A stretch of 64,000 bases of DNA from positions 41,728,001 through 41,792,000 of the forward strand of contig CP068257.2 of NCBI GenBank assembly GCA_009914755.4. The letters run 5' to 3'. Below the pieces are notes generated by a model. It made no database searches and was not told the DNA's origin. It saw only the letters and a list, made by a program, of their open reading frames with translations. Numbering within the stretch: the first letter of the stretch is position 1; the number at the start of each line of letters is the position of its first letter. Shown here piece after piece: positions 54,656 to 64,000 of this stretch. This stretch comes from the human T2T-CHM13v2.0 reference genome, Homo sapiens. The translations under genes were made by a program, and so were the position numbers.

Positions 54656-55575
54656 GCCCGCCGCCCGAGGCCCGCCCGCCTGCGCTCCGCCGGGCGCCCC
54701 CTCCCGGGCGCTGGGGGCACTGCGGGCGGCCCCACCGCCGAGGGCGCGCCCGCCCCTCCACGCTCGGGCACTCGGGCCGGGTCCCGCGGGCGCCTTGTGC
54801 TCGCTCCCTCCAGGAGGGGACGGCTCTCGGGCAGGGGTCGCCGGCCCCTCCACGCGGCCTGCGTTCGTCCAGACTCAGAGCCTCGGGACGTGCGGGGGCC
54901 CGGGGGCCTCGCGGGCTCGCGCGTGGGGCTGGCGGCGCGGATGCCCTGGGGCGCTGCAGACCCCGAGAGGCCGCTTGCCCGCGGGGACGTCAGCCGCTTT
55001 TGCTGTTAAAATCTGAAATGTTCAGCAAGTTAGAAACTTGAAACCTAAGGAAGCGTGACCGGCCGCTCTGGAAGCCCCCGCCGCGCGGCCGGTCCCGGCC
55101 CCGGCCCTCAGCGGCGCTGGCGTCTGCGCGTCCCGGGGCTGCCCCCGCAGCATGTGGGGCTGGGACCCTCTTCCCGCGCGGGCCCCGGGCGGACGCTGCG
55201 GGCGGTGACGGAGCCAGGCCGGCCGCCTGGGTAGGGGACGGGGGCGCGGGACCACTTGCTTGCCCGTGGCCGATGCCTCATCCGAACGGAAAACGTTTTC
55301 TTCAGGGGAGACAGAGGCTGTGGGCGAAGGTATTTTTTAAGCCTGAGGACCCATTTGGGAGTTAGATTCTGGATCGAGCCTAGGGTCAGTTTTCCTTGTG
55401 TTAAATAACACTACTTCACAGAAGGGGGAACGAGAATTCAGGGAAGTTGGCACAAAACTTGGAACCCTTCTCGGGAGGCTTTCCTGCCTGGACGGACGCC
55501 TGGGAGGAGGGCCCGGAGAAACGAGGATGAGCTTCTCCTCATTCGCCCGAGGGTCTGACCACAGATTTCCCAATC

Positions 55576-55626
<51 letters not shown>

Positions 55627-55632
55627 ACACAC
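55576..55632. repeat. (CA)n microsatellite, ~28 units
   Basis: Read directly. Confidence 0.9.
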
Positions 55633-55858
55633 GGGTTGTTTGGGAGTCAGTTGGTTTTCAAAGGCTTTCAAGGAAATGAAGAGTCCCAAAGTTTTCCTTA
55701 ATCGTTCAGAGTGTTTTTCTTTGTCCCAGGTTTATATACCAAGAATACGGGGGAATATTTTTAGTTCCTTTCAGCTGAACAGTGTACAACTGCCTTTTTT
55801 CCTTTTGGAGGTCCCAACACCCTGTTAATCCGCTCCTAGGAGAACTAAACAAAAACAA

Positions 55859-56190
<332 letters not shown>

Positions 56191-59100
56191 TCACACTCAC
56201 CATTCAGTCCCTCAGCCTGTGACTTGAAATACTGCCCCCCGCATCCAGGAAGCAGGCTTCCCCACCCCTCCCACCCTAGCCAGAGTCTTCCAAAAGGTCT
56301 TAGGTATTTGCAAACACCTGGCTGGCTGTTTGGAAACATTGCATCAGCACCAAATAAAAACTGCAGCCAAAACTGCCTCCGCAGAACAGGTCCCCAAACT
56401 CAGGTGCACTTGACCTTTCACCCTGACCCAGCCCTGAGCTTCCAAAACCCAGAACAGCCCTGTGCCAACCATGGCCATCCTGTTTTCCCTTCCCTGGGCC
56501 CGTGGGCAAGGAGCTCGCTCTGCAGAGAAAGGCAGGAAGCACAGAGGAAAAGGCCAAGCTTGGAACGGCTGTCCCGTCTCCCCACTGGGGGAACCCCTGG
56601 CACCCTCATAACTAAGTCTGTGCTTCAACCTGGTCTCTGTTACCCAATGTCTTTTGTTGTTGTTTGTGTCCTTGACCCCCCGAGGCTGTATTTCCTCTCA
56701 GAAGCTTTGATTTCTTTTCTGTTTTCTGGTCTTCCGTGCCTTTAACACGAGGAAAAATAAAACACATGGTGTGAGTGTAAGGATGGTACAAGCAAATGAT
56801 TGGAGAAGCTCCTCACTGAACATAATGGAAGGAATGCTCCCAAAGTCTGCAGGAACGGTACTTTATTATTATGGTTTGCATATTATTACAGATTTGTGGA
56901 AAACGGCAAGTCAGTTTTCCTTTCCACATGGACTTTCTTCAGCTTGTCTTATGATTGCCGTGTTTCTGGAGTTCATCTTGTTTTTTAGGCCTTAAGACTG
57001 GAAACCCCAACAGGAAATGGGTCCATTTATTATTCATAGTTGTAACGCTGGCCACTGGCATGTCACAAAACTCTCAAAATCAATTGATAAACACAGAGAA
57101 TGGAGCGTGGGGCAGCATTTTTGCAAAGGGATGGGTGCCCAGCTGGCCCCAGTGCCGCCCTCTGTGAGGAAGGAATCTCCCAGTGCAGCCAGGAGTCAGA
57201 CGAGTTCCTCTTCCCGACCCTACCCTCCCATCTTCGACGCCTAAGGCCCTTCCCTGTCTTCCTGGCTTTGCTTCAGGTGGTTTTGTACTTTTTAAATTTT
57301 GTTTTGGTTTGTTTAGGCTTCAGCCTAGCGGCTTTAGGTGCCAGAAAATCAGATTAACCACTGCAGCGGCATCCTTCTCAGGGACCCGGGGGCCACGTTG
57401 GTCATTTTGCCCCATTGTATCTGGAGAGCTTGACAGACAGACATGTGTGCACTAGGTCAGGAAGCCACGGCCCTGGCCTGGGAAGAGGGCAGGTAGGAGA
57501 AAAGCCCCCAGCCCCCTCCACCCTCAGGGAATGGCCCAGTTGTCCACAGGTTAAGTCAAGAATCCCCCGCGAACAGGTCAAACCAGAGACTGCCCAGTCC
57601 CAGCGTCCGCCCCCAGGGCATTGCTTCCTTCACCTCCTACACTTGGCTCCCTGTGGTTCCGTGGCTGCCACAGTTGTGTGGATCCTACCGGGCCCAGGGC
57701 CCCTCCCCATCTCAGACAGCACCCACTTTCAGGCTAGGCCTTCCACGGGCTGCTTAAATGGACCACGAAGGCCGGCAAAGCAGCAGAAACGTGCCTGTTC
57801 ACGGGCCAGTCGGCCCTCCCCGCTCCAGCCCTCTAGGGTTTCTGGTTCCGGTTTCTGTCGCTGCCGTTAGTGAGGAATTATTCATGTGGCCAATGCGTTT
57901 TCTTGACATTTAAGCAGGGCTGTGGCCGATATCAAGGCTGAGGACCCAAGAGGCCTTTGGGTGTCTGTGTCCCTGAGCCATATGCTGAGGTCGGACGGCG
58001 GGGGAGGGGGGTGCAGGAAGGGGCCAGCCCCAGCGAGAGTCAGCCAGGCCCCAAACAGAGCCAGGGGTTCCCCCGGGGGGGAGTGCTCACTTAGGAAGAG
58101 CACCATGGACAGCCTGGCAGGAGGTCACCCTGTGCTGAGCAGGCAGCTCTGGAGTAAACCACCTGCCTCTCTGTAGGAAGAAGGAAACCGCATCCGCAAA
58201 CGGAGCAAAGGTCCCCAGAGGCAGAGCAGAAGCCTCTGGGATGCTGCAGCTTTGTGCAGACACTGGGGACCAGGACTGGAGCAGGTGCTGGCCGTGCTCT
58301 TTATCCTGGGCACTCTGCCAGGGCCACACGGAGCGTGGCTCCCGGGAGATGGAGACGTCTGAGTGTCAGCTCAGGTCTCGGTGTTTCCAGGTGACATGCT
58401 GGCTGCTAGTGTAGAGCATGGTAAACCATCTTTTTTTTTTTTTGGTTACTATTTACTTATGCAAAATAATGTGAGTTTCTGCCATTTGCAACAAGTGTGC
58501 CAGCTGCAATGAGTCAGCGGGTGGACACAGGTGAGCATGGCCAGACTGTGCCAGAACATGGTGACAGACAGACATGCTTCGAAGTTCACTGTGGGAAGGG
58601 ACAGGTCCCCAGAGAGAGGTGAGACGGTGCAACGCGAGGGTGAGTTCGGAGTCGTCCTCCAGATGTCCACAAAGGCTCGAGAGGCCCTGCTGTGTGTCAG
58701 GCACTGCGTGAAGGTTGTGGGCACAGTAGGAGGGACACAAGACACCTTCTCTCGAGGACCGTTGGTTCCAGTTGCGGAGACAGTAACAGCATAAGATGAT
58801 GAGTAAGAAAAGAATGCTGGCAGGAAAGTGGCCATGGAGGGAACTGCTTCCGGGCCTCTCCGTGGGATTTGCCAGGCGTGGACTGAGCGAGGACCTTCCC
58901 TGAGAACACCAACTGCTCCAGGAGAGAGAAGAGGTGGAGCCCCGGCGGGGGGCATGGGGCAGGAGGCAGCCACCCACACCTTCCCTCTCTGAATGCTGAG
59001 CAGAGGCTCTCAGCAGAGGGGAAGAAGAGCAGAGGCCACGATTGGGAAGACAGACCCAGTGGGGGTCCTTGGCGCCGTCCACATCCATCTGCAACCTGCT

Positions 59101-60216
59101 GCCCAGCGCCTGCCTGCCCGGGGTGTGCACAGAGCAGTGTGGTCTGTCCCGGCTTCACGGCCTGACACGGCCAGGCGAGGATGACAGGGAAAGGGAGGCA
59201 GGGACTTGGGGCTGTTGGAGCCAAGCTGAGGAGCAAGGAGCTGCGATGGGAAGCGGGTGGCAGGAAGGAGCGTGAGGCCTGTGGGTGGAAGGTCTCTGGC
59301 CTTGGAGATTGAAGCGTTTCACTTGTGCATCTCACAGCCCAGAGAAGCCAAGCCCGGACCATGGGGGAGAGAGGAGGACCCCCGTCTCAGGGCGGGCTGA
59401 GGAGACGCTCTCTCCACGGCTTCCGGATGGGTCTCCCTCCATCTCAGCTGCATCTATGGGAAAACGATGAAATGCTCCCTCCACTGCCGGGCCTTCTCTT
59501 ATAAAGCAGGTTTCTTCGAAGTATAAAAATTAATAGAAAAGGTTCCATAGAAAATCAAGAAAGTAAGTATGTAAAGATGAAAACAAAAAGCACCGGAAAT
59601 GCTCTTCATAGCTGACGTTTTCTTATTCACTTTTTATTAAAACAGGATGAGGCGTCCTGCCTTTTCCAGCCTTATCTAGGAAGTGTCTTGCCAGGTCACC
59701 AAATGGCAAGCAGAACCGTAAGCTGAAGTTGTCTGCCTAGAATTCCACTGTGGCAATGTTCAGCATCCCGACTGGACAGCTCCGTGCGGCGGCATCGGGG
59801 GCGCGGCGGCATCGGGGGCGCGGCAGCATCGGGGGCCCTTTTCATGCCATTCAAGGCCCCGTGGAAACAGACACCACAGCTCAGCATGAGACTGTGGCCC
59901 CACCTGACCTGGCTCATCCATCCCCAGCCTCTCGTGGTCCCCGGCCCTATGCCGACATTTGGCACTCGATGAGCCATTTCTCCACATTTCAGGAGCCTTG
60001 TTTTAAGACAGCCTGGCTGTCTGAGAGCCACCGGAGTCGAGACTGGATGCCCGGCCTGGTGCCCGTGGGCCAGCACCGCCTGAGGAGGAGGGGTCTCTGG
60101 AGGCCACAGGCAGAGCCACTGAGAGGGATCTTTAAGCAGAGGGCCCCACACACCTCCTGGGACCCACGGGTGTGGCTGCCATGCAGGGTCTGGGAGCTAC
60201 AGAGAGTCGGGAACCA

Positions 60217-60530
60217 AGGGCGCGGTGGCTCACACCTGTAATCCCAGCACTTTGGGAGGCCAAGGATCACGAGGTCAGGAGATCGAGACCATCCTGGCTC
60301 ATACGGTGAAACCCCATCTCCACTAAAAATACAAAAAATTAGCCGGGCGTGGTGGCGGGCGCCTGTGGTCCTAGCTACTCGGGAGGCTGAGGCAGGAGAA
60401 TGGAGTGAACCCGGGAGGCGGAGGTTGCAGTGAACCCAGATTGCCCACTGCACTCCAGCCTGGGCAACAGAGCGAGACTCCGTCTCAAAAAAAAAAAAAA
60501 AGAAAGAAAAAAAGTAAAAACAAGAGAGTA
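60217..60530 (+). mobile_element. Alu SINE (plus, AluY-like, slightly 5'-truncated)
   Basis: Alu consensus, A-rich tail 60487-60520. Confidence 0.9.
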
Positions 60531-61457
60531 GGGAGCCAAGTCCCTGGGTTGCCAAGTCAATCCGTGGAAGCCCCTGACTTCGAGCAGGACACAGGGCCCT
60601 AAGGACAGCCCCAGCCCCTGCAGTGTGGCCTGCAATGGGTGTCATTCATTTTGACCTGGCTGTTGTGGTTTTGGGTGGTATTGTTATTTGTTTGAAAAGA
60701 AAACACATGGGCTGCGTATGGCATGAGCAAGTACAGACGTCATTGGGATCGGCTAATGAAAATGACAGAGTACTCTAAAGTGACACCTTACAGGGACGTG
60801 GTGATGTGGCACCAGGCCCAGTGGCACCAGCACACCACCGTCTCGCTGGCATTTCCACCGTGGTCCCTGTTAAACCAGAAAGAACGAAAGTGTGATGGGG
60901 AAAAATAAGTATGTGTTTCTTGTAAAACACAGCTCATTTCAAAACTACTGAGAACAAGGGGACAGTTTGAAATTGGGCAGAGCCCCTTGGGACCAGCTGG
61001 ACCAGGAAGAAGGTCCAATCAGCTCTTCCTCAGGGCCAGGAATCTCTCGGTCACTCCGAGGCCTGGAAGAAAGTTTCCAGAACCTTTTTTTGCACAAATA
61101 AACTGCAGATCTGAAATCAGCAAGAAGGTTCAGGACCTGGGCCCCCAGGATTGGAACCACGGGAGTCTCAGATCCTCAAACTAGCTGGGTTTGCTTCAGT
61201 TTTCTCAGGTGGGACGGGCCACCCTGGGTTTCCCAGGGTGATGTCCCGACAGTGGAGGTGAGATGTCACAGAATGGAGGATGTGATATGATCTGTAACAT
61301 GGAATCCAGCAGAAGCTCCAGCACTTAAAAGACAGGAAGCAGTGGAGGGCCTGGGTGTCCCAGCCTTCATCATTCCCTCACCTGGAGCAGTTGGTGTCCT
61401 CAGGGAAGGTTCTCATTCAGTCCATGCCTGGCAGATCCCATGGAGGTGCCCGGGTGA

Positions 61458-61997
<540 letters not shown>

Positions 61998-62053
61998 TGA
62001 AGTTGGTGTGAGGTGCAGGTGGGACGGCTTTGGGGCAGGCCCCAGTGCAGACG

Positions 62054-62188
62054 GCCCTGCTGCTGCCCCTGCCCGTGCCGCTGCCCCTGCCCCTGCTGCT
62101 GCCCCTGCCCCTGCCCCTGCCCCTGCCGCTGCCTCTGCCCCTGCCCCTGCTGCTGCCCCTGCCCCTGCTGCTGCCTCTGCCCCTGCGT
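62054..62188. repeat. Hexamer tandem repeat (CCCCTG/CTGCTG variants), ~22 units
   Basis: Read directly; yields poly-Pro/Cys and poly-Ala artefact ORFs on + and Q/G-rich on -. Confidence 0.85.
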
Positions 62189-62289
62189 TCCTGAGCAGGC
62201 CACCATGCTACTCTTTGGGAGTCCTTTTTCTTCTTTTTAAATGAGGCTTGATTGGCTTAGGGAGAAACAGGAGACACCGCATACCATGC

Positions 62290-62700
62290 AGTTAAAAATG
62301 AAACTCGGATTAAATGAATATTGAATTCAGTACTGTACTGGCTTCCTAGAGCTGCTGAAATGCAAACTGGGGGCTTAAAACCATGGAGACGTATTCCCCC
62401 ACAGTTCTGGGAAGTAGAAGCTCGAATGCCTGTTGGCAGGGCTGAGCTCCTCTGCAGGCTGTGGGGAAGGACCTGTCCCATGCCTCTCCTGGCTCCTGGT
62501 GGCCGCTGGTAAGCCTTGGTGTCCTGTGGCTTGTAGACACATCTCTCCAAGTGCTGCCTCTGCCTCCATCTCCGCGTCTTCCTGCCGCCTCCTTATAACG
62601 ACGGCAGCCATTGGAATGGGGGCCCACCAAAATCCAGTCTGACTTTGTCTTCATTTAACTGATGATATCTTTAAAGATCCTGTTTCCAAATAAGGTCACA
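62290..62700 (+). repeat. Dispersed repeat copy (family A: ...cacagttctgggaagtagaagctcgaatg...cctccttataacgacggcagccattggaatgggggcccacc...ctgtttccaaataaggtcacattctgag)
   Basis: Characteristic abundant human interspersed repeat; matches copies at 18044 and 28830. Confidence 0.45.
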
Positions 62701-64000
62701 TTCTGAGCATCCAGGGGATGCGAGTTTTGGGGAGACTCGATTCCACGAACACCAGCATCGAAGAGGGCAGGGCACAGAGATGAAGCTAAGGTCCAGGGCG
62801 CACACACTGATGGGCACCCTTGAAATAACGGCAAGGTTGGTACGGGCACATCTCGATCGGAGGGGCCGAGGGGTGAGGGAGGGTGGGGAGGAGACTCCCA
62901 GAATGGGAGACACCAGCTAAGCAGTGGGGCTGGGAGAGGGCTCCAGGATAACGAGCAGTTGGGCGGGGGACGACACAGGAGAGCACACAGCGGGGGAGCA
63001 GGGCAGGGGACGACAAGGGAGAGAACACGGCCAGCCCAGGATCCTCGCCCTGCCTTCGCCTCGAGCCCCAGACCAGACTCACCCTGACGATGCCTGCTCC
63101 CCATCTACTGCCTCCAGGGACCCCCTATGGGTTCCCCCACTCATAAAGAATGCCGAGGAGTTAGGAATAGGACAAGCACGTGTCCCTCAAGGCTACTGTT
63201 GGGATGCCCAGGACTTGTCTGAGCCCTTCTCTAGACCGGCTGCTCATCCACCCGCTGCCTCTAAAACCAGGTAAGAGAAGGGGAGAGAGAGGGTCAGGAG
63301 ATGCCCTGGCCCAGGAGCAGAAGCTCCCCTGGAGGCCTCGGTCTGTGGGCCTCCTGCAGGCTGCACAGGGGGGGGCCACAGCTGTCCTCACCCAGGGGCC
63401 ATGCCCTCCCAAAAGGAGGCCACCAGAGGCCCCTTGTCCCACATTTTTGGAGTGTGGACAGCCAAACTGGGTCATTCAGACCCAACCTGGTCACTGTGGA
63501 GGGAATGGGCTGTGCCCCACTCCCCACCCAATACCAGGCCGAGGCCAGCAGGTCTGAGGGTCCCTGTGGAGCTCTGTCCTGCCCCAGCCCCGGCCAGCTG
63601 TCCTACTGGCTCCTCTAGTCCTCTTCTTAGGTAAGGCTGAGAAAGTGGGTCAAAGGCAACAACCTCAGAGCCTCTGGCCGCTCCTACCTGAAGGGCCGGG
63701 GCTCTGTGTGGGTGAAGACCGGCAGCTTCCTGGAGTAACCAGAGGGCTGAGCCTCCTCCTTGACTTGTTCGGAGTGTTTCTTCACTGACCGGTTTACCTG
63801 GGTGTGCATACGGAGGGTGAGCCACTGGAACAGTGAAAGCGTCCACCCTTCACTGAGTCAGTCCCTCTCCCGGAAGGGGCCAGGGACAGGGCAGGATGGC
63901 TGGGCATTGCAGGAGATTCTTCCCCTCTGGCCACATTCTCCCCATGCTGGGGAGGTGGGGGTCAGAAGCCCACCAAACAGACGGGGAAGTAGGGACAGGT

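Noticed and set aside
53466-54853. 362-aa, 269-aa and 197-aa minus-strand ORFs and several plus-strand ORFs in the SIK1 5' region
   Set aside because: Arg/Gly/Ala/Pro-rich translations of the CpG island and its degenerate tandem repeat. They overlap one another in several frames and lie in the inferred 5'UTR intron/promoter.
56224-56745. 173-aa plus-strand ORF upstream of the SIK1 CpG island
   Set aside because: No start context, no recognisable protein features, flanked by Alu; considered a chance ORF. Possible bidirectional or lncRNA transcription from the SIK1 CpG island cannot be assessed from sequence alone.

Overview
This window is human genomic DNA, GC-rich, Alu-dense and full of minisatellites. 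It matches the SIK1 (salt-inducible kinase 1) locus of distal 21q22.3; the near-identical paralogue SIK1B cannot be excluded from sequence alone. The main result is a complete minus-strand SIK1 gene model. It has 13 coding exons (CDS 53432 down to 43997, 783 aa, every junction read directly from the sequence). It also has a long 3'UTR (to about 41.77 kb), a putative non-coding 5' exon, and a CRE-containing CpG-island promoter at 54.3-54.7 kb. Three details stand out. First, intron 4 uses a GC (not GT) donor, and a 43-bp tandem array duplicates the exon4/intron4 junction three further times. Second, the encoded protein carries Ser at codon 15 (reference Gly). Third, the 5'UTR intron contains a degenerate ~100-bp GC-rich tandem repeat. 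The remaining 0-43 kb and 55-64 kb carry no convincing protein-coding gene. They contain at least 16 Alu elements (many with readable target-site duplications), an old L1 with four nested Alus, and a MaLR LTR. They also contain a dense series of VNTR-type tandem arrays, a GGAA microsatellite, a 310-bp polypyrimidine tract and a CCCCTG hexamer array. Many long ORFs in the six-frame track are translation artefacts of these repeats or of the CpG island. No prokaryote-type system (CRISPR, toxin-antitoxin, defence island) is present. The tandem arrays lack unique spacers and are ordinary minisatellites. Repeat family names and 3'/5' transcript ends are inferred without alignment tools and should be verified.
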